NCBI GenBank assembly: GCA_963809515.1
Contig: CAWEKA010000020.1
Location: 2,046-34,045, forward strand
Origin: an uncultured Actinomycetota bacterium
GTDB lineage: Bacteria; Actinomycetota; Actinomycetes; Mycobacteriales; Mycobacteriaceae
DNA length: 32,000 bases
Direction of reading: 5' to 3'
The notes under the pieces are model-generated. The model had not been told where the DNA came from and ran no database searches. It worked only from the letters and a program-made list of their open reading frames with translations. Made by a program: the position numbers and the translations under genes. Positions 1 to 8,746 of this stretch are shown piece after piece (position 1 is the stretch's first letter; every line of letters starts with the position of its first letter).

Positions 1-543
1 GTGTCCGGTCACGTGGAGCGTCCCGGCGTTTACTGCGTGCCGATGGGCACCACCATCCGCGACCTGCTCGACCTCGCCGGCGGGGTGGCCGGCGGGGCGG
101 CCCTCGAGTCGGTGCAGCCCGGCGGCGCCTCGTCGAACTTCCTCGGCCCGGATCACCTCGACGTGCCGCTCGACTTCGGCGCGCTCGCCGAGGCCGGCTC
201 GATGCTGGGCTCGGGCGCGGTGGTGGTGATCGCCGCGGGCACCGACTCGCTCGCGGCGGCCACGAATGTACTGCGCTTCTTCCGCAACGAGTCGTGCGGC
301 AAGTGCGTGCCGTGCCGGGTCGGCTCCACCAAGGCTCACGACCTGCTCACCGATACCCTGCGGGCCGGCGGCGAGCTCGACGAGGGTCGACGGGCCCGGC
401 TGCTGGAGCTGGAGCTGACCATGCGCAAGACGTCGATCTGCGGTCTGGGCCAGGTGGCGCTGGGCCCGGTGGTCAGCGTGTTGGGACGGCAGCGAGGTGG
501 CGCCGTGGCGCGCCCGCAGCCGCGGCAGTCACCGGATCAGTGA
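1..543 (+). CDS. NuoF/FdsB-like NAD(H)-dependent Fe-S flavoprotein subunit, C-terminal part (5' end lies upstream of the window)
   Basis: The reading frame is open from base 1 and stops at TGA 541-543. 'SGHVERPGVYCVPMGTTIRDLLDLAGG' resembles the NuoF 51-kDa subunit core. 'ESCGKCVPCR' plus the downstream 'SICGLGQ' form the NuoF-type 4Fe-4S cysteine motif. Confidence 0.75.
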   Translation: MSGHVERPGVYCVPMGTTIRDLLDLAGGVAGGAALESVQPGGASSNFLGPDHLDVPLDFGALAEAGSMLGSGAVVVIAAGTDSLAAATNVLRFFRNESCGKCVPCRVGSTKAHDLLTDTLRAGGELDEGRRARLLELELTMRKTSICGLGQVALGPVVSVLGRQRGGAVARPQPRQSPDQ

Positions 544-550
544 GGTTCGG

Positions 551-1786
551 GTGACGGGACGGGAGTTCTTCACGGCCCAATCGGTGTCGCAGGCGCTGGC
601 CGGGTTCCGGCCGTCGCGACGTACCCGCATAGAGACGGTTCCCCGCGAAGCGGCCCTCGGCCGGGTGCCGGTCTCGTCGGTAGTGTCGGGTTCGGCGCTG
701 CCCGGCTTCGCTCGGTCGACCGTGGACGGCTACGCGGTGCGCGCCGCCGACACCTACGGCGCCAGCGACTCCCTTCCGGCGTACCTCGACCTCGCCGGGG
801 CGGTGCGGATGGGTGCCGCCGCCGACATCGCCGTGCGCTCCGGAACTGCGGTGCAGATCCCGACCGGAGCGGCAATCCCCGCCGATGCCGACGCGGTGGT
901 CATGGTGGAGTACACCCAGGTCACCATGCCCGGCGTGATCGAGATGACCCGGCCGGTCGCCGTGGGCGAGGGTGTCGTGCGAGCCGACGAGGACGTCGCG
1001 GTCGGCGCTGAGATCGCGCCCGCCGGTCGGCCGCTGCGCGCCCAGGACATCGGCATGCTCGCCGCCGCCGGCGTCACCGAAGTGGCGGTCCACGCCCGCC
1101 CGCGGGTGGCGATCGTGTCCACCGGCGACGAGGTGGTGCCACCCGATACCGAGCGCCTGAGCTCCGGTCAGGTACGCGACGCCACCGCCTCGGCGCTGGC
1201 CGCGATGGTCACCGAGGCAGGCGGCGAGCCATCGCCGCGCGGGATCGTGACCGACGACGCCGAGGCGCTCGCCAAGACCCTGCAGGCCGCGCTGCACGAC
1301 TGCGACCTGGTGGTGGTCTCAGCCGGGTCGTCGGTCGGTGCCCGTGACCAGACCGCCGAGGCGGTGGAGTCGTTGGGTGCACCCGGCGTCTACTGCCACG
1401 GGCTGGCGATCAAGCCGGGCAAGCCGACGCTGCTGGCGGAGTGCGACGGAGTGCCGGTGATCGGGCTGCCCGGCAACCCGTTGTCGGCCCTGGTGGTGTT
1501 CCGGATGGTCGGGCTGCCTGTGCTGCGCCGCGTCGCCGGGATCACCGTCACTCCCCCGGAGCCGACCACCACGGCGGCGCTGTCCCGCGAGGTCGCCTCG
1601 GCTGCGGGCCGCCTCGACGTGGTACAGGTGCGGCTGAGCGACGGGCCCGAGCGCATCGCGACACCGCTGTTCGGGTTCTCGGCGCTGCTGTCCCTGCTTA
1701 CCAGCGCCGACGGCTACGTCGTGATCCCCGAGGCCGCCACGGGTCTCGACGCGGGGTCGGCCGTAACCGTGACGATGTACAGGTAG
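551..1786 (+). CDS. moeA: Molybdopterin molybdenumtransferase MoeA
   Basis: GTG at 551 lies 8 nt after the upstream stop, giving 411 aa, a typical MoeA length. MoeA-like blocks include 'GFARSTVDGYAVRA', 'IPTGAAIPADADAVVMVE', 'VAIVSTGDEVV' and 'VVVSAGSSVGARD' (MoCF domain), and 'GLPGNPLSALV'. Confidence 0.85.
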   Translation: MTGREFFTAQSVSQALAGFRPSRRTRIETVPREAALGRVPVSSVVSGSALPGFARSTVDGYAVRAADTYGASDSLPAYLDLAGAVRMGAAADIAVRSGTAVQIPTGAAIPADADAVVMVEYTQVTMPGVIEMTRPVAVGEGVVRADEDVAVGAEIAPAGRPLRAQDIGMLAAAGVTEVAVHARPRVAIVSTGDEVVPPDTERLSSGQVRDATASALAAMVTEAGGEPSPRGIVTDDAEALAKTLQAALHDCDLVVVSAGSSVGARDQTAEAVESLGAPGVYCHGLAIKPGKPTLLAECDGVPVIGLPGNPLSALVVFRMVGLPVLRRVAGITVTPPEPTTTAALSREVASAAGRLDVVQVRLSDGPERIATPLFGFSALLSLLTSADGYVVIPEAATGLDAGSAVTVTMYR

Positions 1787-1797
1787 GTTGACCACCC

Positions 1798-3765
1798 GTG
1801 CACGACCCGTCGAGTCCGGCCGCGCCGGACAACAGCCCCTTCATCAGCGACGTACCCGCCGACACCGCAATGCGGTCGTGGCTGGACGCCTGCGCCGCCG
1901 CCGGCTGTCCCGCGCGGGTAGGGGCCGTCACCGTGGCGCTGGCCGAGGCGGTCGGCCGGGTCACCGCCGAGCCGGTCTGGGCGACTCGTTCCTCGCCGGT
2001 CGGTGACGTTGCCGCGATGGACGGCATCGCCGTAGTCGCCCGGGACACCGCTGGCGCCTCTCCCACCACACCGCTGCAACTCCAACCCGGCAACTACAAG
2101 GTGGTCGACACCGGCGACCCTATGCCGGACGGGTTCGACGCGGTGGTGATGCGCGAGCACGTGCACTACGTGACCGGAGCCGCGGGGCCGGCGACATCAG
2201 GCGAAGTGGCCGCGGAGATCCTGGCCGCGGTCCCGCCATACCAGCACGTGCGTTCGATCGGCGAGGATGTCAGCGCCGGCGAGCTGCTGCTGCCGGAGGG
2301 GCACCGGCTGCGCCCCGTCGACGTCGCCGCCGCAGCCGCTGCGGGCGCGACCGAGCTGCAGGTACGCCGGAAACCGCGGGTGGTCGTGATCCCCACCGGG
2401 GACGAGATTGTGCCGGTCGGGTCGCCGCCGCAGCTGGGCGAGATCCTCGACACCAACTCGCTGATGCTGGTCGCGCAGGCCCAAGAGGCAGGCTGCGAGG
2501 CGTGGGCGACGCCGATCCAGCCCGACGTGGTGGGGCAGATCAGCGCTGCGGTGCGGAAGGCTGCCGCGGGCGCGGACCTGGTGATCGTGGTCGCCGGTTC
2601 CAGCGCAGGACGCGACGACTACACGGCCCGCATCGTGGCGGAACTCGGCGTGCTCGCGGTACACGGGGTCGCGGTCCGACCTGGCCACCCGGTGGTGTTG
2701 GGCGCCGTCGAGGCGACTCCGGTGGTGGGGGCACCCGGTTACCCGGTCTCGGCCGCCCTGACGTTCGACATTTTCGTCGCGCCGCTGCTAGCGGGGCTGG
2801 AGGGTGCGCCGCCGCCGCATCGGCCGGAGACGCCTGCCCGGCTCGCGCGCAAGCTTCCCTCCGTGGTGGGGATGGATGACTGGGTGCGGGTGCGGCTCGG
2901 ATCGGTGGGTGGCCGGGTGGTGGCGTCGCCGTTGCCCCGCGGTGCCGGGGTGCTGACCTCGCTGGTGCGCGCGGACGGGCTGCTGCTGGTCCCGGCCGGC
3001 GTTGAGGGGCACCATGCGGGTGAGGAGGTGTCGGTGCAGCTGCTGCGGCGGTTACCGGAGATCGAGCGCACGATCGTCGCGATCGGGTCGCACGACCTGG
3101 TGCTCGACCTGGCGGCGACGGCGCTACGGTCGTCCGATCCGACATTGAGCCTGGTCTCGACCAACGTCGGCTCACTCGGCGGGCTGGTGGCGTTGCGCGA
3201 CGGGCTGTGCCACCTCGCCGGCTCGCACCTGCTGCACCCGGCGACCGGGGAGTACACCCTGCCCTACCTCAACGAGATGATGGGCGACCGGGACTTGGCC
3301 GTGGTCCGGCTGGTGCATCGCGACCAGGGCCTGATCATCCCTTCAGGGAATCCGCGCGGCGTGACCGGGATCGCGGACCTGGCAAGCGGCGAGCTCTCCT
3401 ACGTGAACCGGCAACGTGGCGCCGGCACCCGGATGCTGCTCGACCAGGAGCTGCGGCGGCTCGGGATCGACCCGGTCACGGTCCACGGCTACGAGCGCGA
3501 GGAGCCCACCCACCTGGCGGTCGCCGCGGCGGTCGCGGCCGGGCGCGCCGACTGCGGGCTAGGCATCCTCGCGGCCGCGCGGGCGTTCGGGCTGGACTTC
3601 GTGCCGATGGTGCAGGAGCCCTACGACCTGGTGGTCGAGGCGGCGACCCTGACCGATCCACTGCTCGCCCCGCTGTGGCAGCTGCTGGATTCTCCGGAGT
3701 TCCAAGCCTCGGTGCGCCGGCTCGGTGGCTACGGCACGGAGGAGACTGGTCGCCGGATCCGGTGA
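1798..3765 (+). CDS. MoeA paralogue fused to a C-terminal PBP-like (periplasmic-binding-protein fold) oxyanion-binding domain
   Basis: GTG start at 1798, 655 aa. The N-terminal ~410 aa are MoeA-like ('AAMDGIAV', 'VVVIPTGDEIV', 'VIVVAGSSAGRDD', 'GAPGYPVSAAL'). The C-terminal ~230 aa ('IVAIGSHDLVLDL...VNRQRGAGTRMLLD...GRADCGLGI') are clearly homologous to the C-terminus of the next gene. Confidence 0.8.
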   Translation: MHDPSSPAAPDNSPFISDVPADTAMRSWLDACAAAGCPARVGAVTVALAEAVGRVTAEPVWATRSSPVGDVAAMDGIAVVARDTAGASPTTPLQLQPGNYKVVDTGDPMPDGFDAVVMREHVHYVTGAAGPATSGEVAAEILAAVPPYQHVRSIGEDVSAGELLLPEGHRLRPVDVAAAAAAGATELQVRRKPRVVVIPTGDEIVPVGSPPQLGEILDTNSLMLVAQAQEAGCEAWATPIQPDVVGQISAAVRKAAAGADLVIVVAGSSAGRDDYTARIVAELGVLAVHGVAVRPGHPVVLGAVEATPVVGAPGYPVSAALTFDIFVAPLLAGLEGAPPPHRPETPARLARKLPSVVGMDDWVRVRLGSVGGRVVASPLPRGAGVLTSLVRADGLLLVPAGVEGHHAGEEVSVQLLRRLPEIERTIVAIGSHDLVLDLAATALRSSDPTLSLVSTNVGSLGGLVALRDGLCHLAGSHLLHPATGEYTLPYLNEMMGDRDLAVVRLVHRDQGLIIPSGNPRGVTGIADLASGELSYVNRQRGAGTRMLLDQELRRLGIDPVTVHGYEREEPTHLAVAAAVAAGRADCGLGILAAARAFGLDFVPMVQEPYDLVVEAATLTDPLLAPLWQLLDSPEFQASVRRLGGYGTEETGRRIR

Positions 3766-3781
3766 TCTGTACCCTGTGCGG

Positions 3782-4702
3782 ATGATACAGAGGGCACAGG
3801 AGGTCGCCGAGGCGATCGCGGCCGACGTCCTCGCCGGCCGGCTGGATCCCGGCGATTCGGTGCCCACAGTCCGCGCGCTCGCCCGGCAGCTGGGCTGTGC
3901 GCCCGGCACTGCCGCGCGGGCACACGGCATCCTGCGCGACGCCGGGGTGATCGTCGGTGCGCCCAGGTCGCGCACGGTGGTGGCTGGCGACGGTGTCGCC
4001 GCAGCCCTGATGATGGGTTCCCGCCAAGGCGTGCTCCGGCTGTCGGGCAGCGATGACCCCGCTCTTGATCTGCTGCTATCCGCAGCCGGCGGAGGCGTCG
4101 AGCGGGCCCTCGGTGGCCGCGGCAGCGTGGCCGGGCTGGGGATGCTCGCTCAGGGGACGGTCGACGCCGCGGCGGTACACCTGCGTGATGCCCGCACCGG
4201 CCGGTACAACGACGTGTTCGCGCGCCGGGTGCTCGGCGGCGAGCCCGCCCGACTGGTGCATCTGTGGAGGCGCGAGCAGGGCATCGTGGTGCCGAAGGGT
4301 AACCCGTTGGGCATCCGCGCCACGGCCGACCTCGACGGCGTTCGGCTCGCCTGGCGCCCGTCCGGTACCGGGTCGCGGCTGCTGCTGAACCGGCTGCTGC
4401 TGGAAGCTGGTGCCGTCCCCGCGCCGGAGAGCGAGCTGTGCGATTCCCACTTAGGCGTCGCTGTGGCGGTGGCCGTCGGCGCGGTCGACGCGGGGCTGGC
4501 CGTTCGCGCGGTGGCCGAAGCGGTCGACGCGGACTTCCTCCCGGTGGAGTGGGAGGACTTCGAGCTCGCGGTCAGCCCGCGGGCGGTAGGGCTGCTCGCC
4601 CCCTTGCTCGACGTACTCGCCTCCACCTCGGTGCACCAGCGGGTGTCCCGGCTAAGCGGCTACGAGCTGAGCCGCAGCGGCGAGTCCCGGGTGGCGGCAT
4701 GA
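3782..4702 (+). CDS. Transcriptional regulator with a GntR-type winged HTH and a PBP-like ligand-binding domain (putative molybdate/tungstate-responsive)
   Basis: ATG at 3782 is the first start after the upstream stop at 3765. The N-terminal 'VPTVRALARQLGCAPGTAARAHGILRDAGVIV' matches the GntR HTH pattern. The C-terminal domain ('LRLSGSDDPALDLL...WRPSGTGSRLLLNRLL...GAVDAGLAV') is paralogous to the tail of the MoeA fusion. The stop overlaps the next gene's ATG (ATGA at 4699-4702). Confidence 0.7.
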   Translation: MIQRAQEVAEAIAADVLAGRLDPGDSVPTVRALARQLGCAPGTAARAHGILRDAGVIVGAPRSRTVVAGDGVAAALMMGSRQGVLRLSGSDDPALDLLLSAAGGGVERALGGRGSVAGLGMLAQGTVDAAAVHLRDARTGRYNDVFARRVLGGEPARLVHLWRREQGIVVPKGNPLGIRATADLDGVRLAWRPSGTGSRLLLNRLLLEAGAVPAPESELCDSHLGVAVAVAVGAVDAGLAVRAVAEAVDADFLPVEWEDFELAVSPRAVGLLAPLLDVLASTSVHQRVSRLSGYELSRSGESRVAA

Positions 4703-5619
4703 GTAAGCGAAGCTTGCGAGCGAATCATCTGCACGGAATGCGGAGGCCGAGCCTGCGAGGCGACTGCATGAGCCGGCCGGCACAGTTGCGGATGGCGGGT
4801 CTGCTCGTCGCGGCGGGCCTGCTGGTCACAGCTGGGTGCGGCAGCGAGCGGCCCCGTGACGCGGAAGGGGCCGCCGAGGCCACCGGGGACATGATTCTGG
4901 CCACCACGACGAGCACCCAGGACTCCGGGTTGCTCGATGCGATCCTGCCCACGTTCGAGCAGAACTCGGGCTGCGTGCCGAAGACCGTCGCGGTCGGCTC
5001 CGGGCAGGCGATGGCAATGGGCGAAAGCGGCGACGCCGACGTGCTTCTGGTGCACTCGCCGCAGGCCGAGGAAAAGTTCATGGCCGGGGGCCACGGCTCC
5101 AGCCGAGAGCCGGTAATGCACAACGACTTCGTGCTGGTCGGTCCGCCGGACGACCCCGCCCATGTCGGCGCGGCCAAACAGGCCGCGGAGGCGATGGGGC
5201 TCATCGCGCAGCAACAGGCGCCGTTCGCGTCCCGGGCCGACAACTCCGGCACGAACGCGAAGGAGCTGAGCCTGTGGGAGGCGGCCGGCATCAAGCCATC
5301 GGGTTCCTGGTACATCGAGACCGGACAGGGGATGGGCGAGACATTGACCATCGCCAGCCAGAAGCAGGCCTACACGCTGAGCGACCGCGGCACCTTCCTC
5401 GCGACCCACAATCTGCAGTCCAAGATCGAGTTCCAGGGATCACCCGACCTGCAGAATCCCTATCACGTGATCGTCGTGGACCACCGTGGCACCACCAACG
5501 TCGCCTGCGCCGAGGAGTTCTCGCAGTGGATCCGATCCGCGCCGGTGCAGCAGACAATCGCCCACTTCGGTGTCGAGGAGTACGGTCAGCCGCTGTTCTT
5601 CCCCGACGCGCCGAGTTGA
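4699..5619 (+). CDS. tupA: ABC transporter substrate-binding lipoprotein, TupA-like (tungstate/molybdate)
   Basis: Lipoprotein signal peptide 'MAGLLVAAGLLVTAGC' with a lipobox Cys. 'ILATTTSTQDSGLLDAILP' carries the TTTS motif I associate with TupA-type oxyanion binders. The start is ATG 4699 (ATGA overlap with the regulator). ATG 4768 (MSRPAQLRMAGLL...) is an equally plausible alternative. Confidence 0.7.
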   Translation: MSKRSLRANHLHGMRRPSLRGDCMSRPAQLRMAGLLVAAGLLVTAGCGSERPRDAEGAAEATGDMILATTTSTQDSGLLDAILPTFEQNSGCVPKTVAVGSGQAMAMGESGDADVLLVHSPQAEEKFMAGGHGSSREPVMHNDFVLVGPPDDPAHVGAAKQAAEAMGLIAQQQAPFASRADNSGTNAKELSLWEAAGIKPSGSWYIETGQGMGETLTIASQKQAYTLSDRGTFLATHNLQSKIEFQGSPDLQNPYHVIVVDHRGTTNVACAEEFSQWIRSAPVQQTIAHFGVEEYGQPLFFPDAPS

Positions 5620-5631
5620 GGTCGTGAGCCG

Positions 5632-6288
5632 ATGGCCGAGCCCATCTACGAAGTCCTGGCGCGGTCGGCATTCGTGTCGGTCACGGCGACGCTGATCGCA
5701 GCGGTGATCGGTATCGGGCTGGGCACCATACTCGCCCTGGCCCGACTGCCGGGGCGGCGGCTGATGACCGCGGTCGTCAACACCGGGATGGCGGTGCCGA
5801 CGGTCGTCGTCGGGCTCGTCGTCGCGCTGCTGCTCTGGCGCAGCGGACCCCTCGGGGACCTCGGCCTGATCTACACAGTGCAAGGCATGATCGTCGCGCA
5901 GGTGCTCATCGCCACCCCTTTGATCACCGGGATCACGATGGCCGCGATGCAGTTGCTTCCGGCCGCCCTTCCCGATCAGCTGCGCGCGCTCGGAGCCAAC
6001 TGGGCCCAGATGGTGTTGCGGATGTGGATCGAAGCCAGGGTCCTGCTGCTCGCGGCGGCGATGGCCGGATTCGGGCACGCGATCTCGGAAGTCGGCGCCG
6101 CAACCATCGTCGGTGGCAACATCCACCGGCACACCCAGGTGATGACGACCGCGATCGTGGAACACGTCAGTCGCGGGGAGTTCATGCCCGCGCTCATCTA
6201 CGGCGCGATCCTGGTCACGCTAGCCTTCCTAGTCAACGGGCTGCTGGCCTCGGTGCAGCATCGGGGGGCGTCGTGGGCGCGGACCTGA
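5632..6288 (+). CDS. tupB: ABC transporter permease, TupB-like
   Basis: 218 aa and strongly hydrophobic, with about 5 predicted TM segments. It lies between the binding protein and the ATPase, and its stop overlaps the ATPase start. Confidence 0.75.
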   Translation: MAEPIYEVLARSAFVSVTATLIAAVIGIGLGTILALARLPGRRLMTAVVNTGMAVPTVVVGLVVALLLWRSGPLGDLGLIYTVQGMIVAQVLIATPLITGITMAAMQLLPAALPDQLRALGANWAQMVLRMWIEARVLLLAAAMAGFGHAISEVGAATIVGGNIHRHTQVMTTAIVEHVSRGEFMPALIYGAILVTLAFLVNGLLASVQHRGASWART

Positions 6289-7436
6289 GCCTGCGCCAGG
6301 TGCGACAGATCCGTGGCGGCCGCGAGATCCTTCGGGTCGATGACCTCGACGTCTGCGACGGTGAGCATGTATCGGTGCTCGGCCCTAACGGCGCGGGCAA
6401 GACCACCTTGCTGCGGCTGCTCGCCGGTGTGGACCGCCCGGCCTCCGGCACAGTCACGCTGGACGGCGTCAGCACGGCCCGCGGCGGGGTGGAGCTGCGC
6501 CGGCGGGTGGCCTATGCGACTCAGCAGCCCGGACTGCTGAGCACCTCGGTGCGGCGCAATGTCGAGCTGCCGCTGCGCTGGCGGAAGGTGCCGCGCTTGG
6601 AACGCGCCCGAGTGGCGACGGCGGCCCTGGAGAGGCTACGGGTCGCGCATCTTGCCGATCGTCCGGCGCAGGCGCTGTCCGGAGGCGAGCAGCAGCGGGT
6701 CAACCTCGCCCGGGCGCTGGCGCTCGACCCGTCGGTGCTGCTGCTGGACGAACCGGCCGCCGGCCTGGACGCTGCGACCCGATCGGCCTTCTTCGCCGAT
6801 CTCGAGCAGGCGCTGGCAGACCGCACCAGCACGGTCGTGCATGTGTCGCACCGGGCGGAGGAGGCGCTGCGGTTCGCCGACCGGGTCGTCGTACTCGTGG
6901 ACGGCCGGGTGCACCAGGTCGGCGCCTCCGACGCCCTGACCCTCCGGCCCGCTGACGCGAGTGTCGCCGCGCTGGTCGGCTACGACAATCTGGTGGACGC
7001 GACGGTGCGGCTAGACGGCGCGGTGTTGGTAGGCGGCGCCCCGACCGGGCTCGTGCACCGGGGACCGGTCGGTGCGGCCACGGTGGCGGTGTTCGCCTGC
7101 GGCGTGCGCCTGATCTACGCCGATCGCACCGGCCTTCCGGTGCGGGTCACGCGTGTCACCCCCGGGCCCGGTCATCGCGTGCTCGCGCTCGAAGGCGCGG
7201 TGTCGCTGCTTGCTCAGGTGCCGATCGGCTGCCCGGCGCCGTTGCCCGGTGACACCGTGCGGGTGGTGTTCGAACCGGCCCTCAGCGCAGTGCTCCCGCG
7301 AGCTGCCGAGTTTCCGGTCGTCACCCCGTCCGGCTCTGCCAGCTCTCTCGGTGCAATCACGCCTCCTGCCGAGATCGCGCATTCGACCACGCCGACGCAT
7401 CGGCGCCGCCGGACGGTTATCTCACGCAGTTTCTGA
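6273..7436 (+). CDS. tupC: ABC transporter ATP-binding protein with a C-terminal TOBE-like extension, TupC/ModC-like
   Basis: GTG at 6273 overlaps the permease 3' end by 16 nt. It has Walker A 'GPNGAGKTT', signature 'LSGGEQQR', Walker B 'LLLDEP' and H-loop 'VSHR'. About 150 further residues ('VDATVRLDGAVLVGG...VTRVTPGPGHRVLALEG...GDTVRVVFEP') have a TOBE-like beta-barrel character. Confidence 0.8.
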   Translation: MGADLSLRQVRQIRGGREILRVDDLDVCDGEHVSVLGPNGAGKTTLLRLLAGVDRPASGTVTLDGVSTARGGVELRRRVAYATQQPGLLSTSVRRNVELPLRWRKVPRLERARVATAALERLRVAHLADRPAQALSGGEQQRVNLARALALDPSVLLLDEPAAGLDAATRSAFFADLEQALADRTSTVVHVSHRAEEALRFADRVVVLVDGRVHQVGASDALTLRPADASVAALVGYDNLVDATVRLDGAVLVGGAPTGLVHRGPVGAATVAVFACGVRLIYADRTGLPVRVTRVTPGPGHRVLALEGAVSLLAQVPIGCPAPLPGDTVRVVFEPALSAVLPRAAEFPVVTPSGSASSLGAITPPAEIAHSTTPTHRRRRTVISRSF

Positions 7437-8585
7437 TCCCCGAGGCTCCGCGTCACCCGCCGCGCCAGTGCTGTCGGGGAGATTGCGCGCCCGATGCAGG
7501 TGTTCCTCGGGAGTGACGACCTCGGCCGGCGGCACCCAGGTGAAGTTGCGCGACGCGTCCTTCAGGAGCACAAAGGCCAACGTTCCGAAGCAGAAGGGCA
7601 GCGTCAACGCGGGCAGGCCCCACGGTCCGAAGAACGAGGCGATCGCGCCGAAGAGCAATGCGGTGAATGCCGCACACGCGATGCCCAACAAGGCTGAGCG
7701 CCAGGTCAACACGTAGAACACGCCGGCGATCGCGAGCGCCGCGTCGAATGAGTTGAAGCCCCATAGTCCGTTGTAGATCGCCGCGCCGTCGGCGCCGAGC
7801 GCCATGCCGGTCAGCATGCCGACAATCGAACCGACCAGGGCGAAACCGGCGGCGATCCTGGAGCAGAACGCGATCCCGATGATGATCAGGACGCCAGCCA
7901 GGATGCTGTTGAGGAAGAACAGCTGGCCGATACCGCGGAAAACCGCGTTCACGATCGCCATCGCATCGGTGTTCCCCGCGGCGTCAGCACCGGGCCGCAG
8001 GGCGGTTTGGACGCCCGCCCCGCCGGACACCGGTGCCGCGGGTTCGACACCGACAGCGAGCCGGCCGTGCGCCGCGTGCAGTCCGGTGATCAAGAACAGC
8101 AAGGTAATGGTGTTGAACGCCAGGGTGAATGGGGGCACCCCCAATGCTCCAAGAAACACGGCGGCTAGAGCACCCATCAGCACCGAGGAGGCGGCGCTCA
8201 GCACGATGATCCACACGATGACGAGTACGTCCCAGGCAGGCGACAGAAACAGCCCCAGCCCCAGCCCGACGAGAACCCCGTTGAATCCGTACAGGCCGGC
8301 GTGGATGAGGTCACGATCGATACCCAGCACGTGCGCGGCCAGCGTCGACGCGACCACCCCGATCGTCCCGGCGAACCCGAACCACGGGTCGTAGATCCAG
8401 GCGGCCACCAAGATGAACAGTCCGGTGATCGGGCTGTTCATGAACACGACCTGCCCGACGCCGCGCAGACAATACTCCAAGAATCCCACCACGGGGATGT
8501 TGTGCGCCTTCTCGCCCACCCCCGGCATCGTGCCGTCCACCATTCGCAGCGGGCTTTGCCTCGGTGTTTGATGTTCCATCGTCAT
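7422..8585 (-). CDS. UT-family urea/short-chain-amide channel
   Basis: ATG at 8585-8583 is preceded by GGAGGAGG. 'CLRGVGQVVFMNSPITGLFILVA' and 'LYGFNGVLVGLGLGLF' are repeated as 'FRGIGQLFFLNSILAGVLIIIG' and 'LWGFNSFDAALAI'. This is the internally duplicated UT signature in a polytopic membrane protein. The gene lies immediately downstream of the amidase. Confidence 0.8.
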   Translation of the reverse strand: MTMEHQTPRQSPLRMVDGTMPGVGEKAHNIPVVGFLEYCLRGVGQVVFMNSPITGLFILVAAWIYDPWFGFAGTIGVVASTLAAHVLGIDRDLIHAGLYGFNGVLVGLGLGLFLSPAWDVLVIVWIIVLSAASSVLMGALAAVFLGALGVPPFTLAFNTITLLFLITGLHAAHGRLAVGVEPAAPVSGGAGVQTALRPGADAAGNTDAMAIVNAVFRGIGQLFFLNSILAGVLIIIGIAFCSRIAAGFALVGSIVGMLTGMALGADGAAIYNGLWGFNSFDAALAIAGVFYVLTWRSALLGIACAAFTALLFGAIASFFGPWGLPALTLPFCFGTLAFVLLKDASRNFTWVPPAEVVTPEEHLHRARNLPDSTGAAGDAEPRGSETA

Positions 8586-8746
8586 AACCGCCTCCTCCGT
8601 TGAATCAACGAAAGTCTCGATGCCTACGGGAGTCTCTAAACCCTGGCCGCGCGGGCCGGCGACGCAGCACGGACGCGACCTACCACCTGGAAGGCAGACG
8701 GGACCGCCGCGACGGCCCCGCCTCCCGATCGGATACCGACGCCGGT

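Noticed and set aside
8640-8746. GC-rich imperfect hairpins downstream of the amidase stop (for example GGGACCG-N6-CGGCCCC, ~8700-8719), considered as an intrinsic terminator. A similar small hairpin, CGCCGC-gcttg-GCGGCG, lies at 12075-12091.
   Set aside because: The stems are short or mismatched and have no U-tract. Such structures are frequent by chance in GC-rich DNA, and the UT gene downstream is probably co-transcribed.
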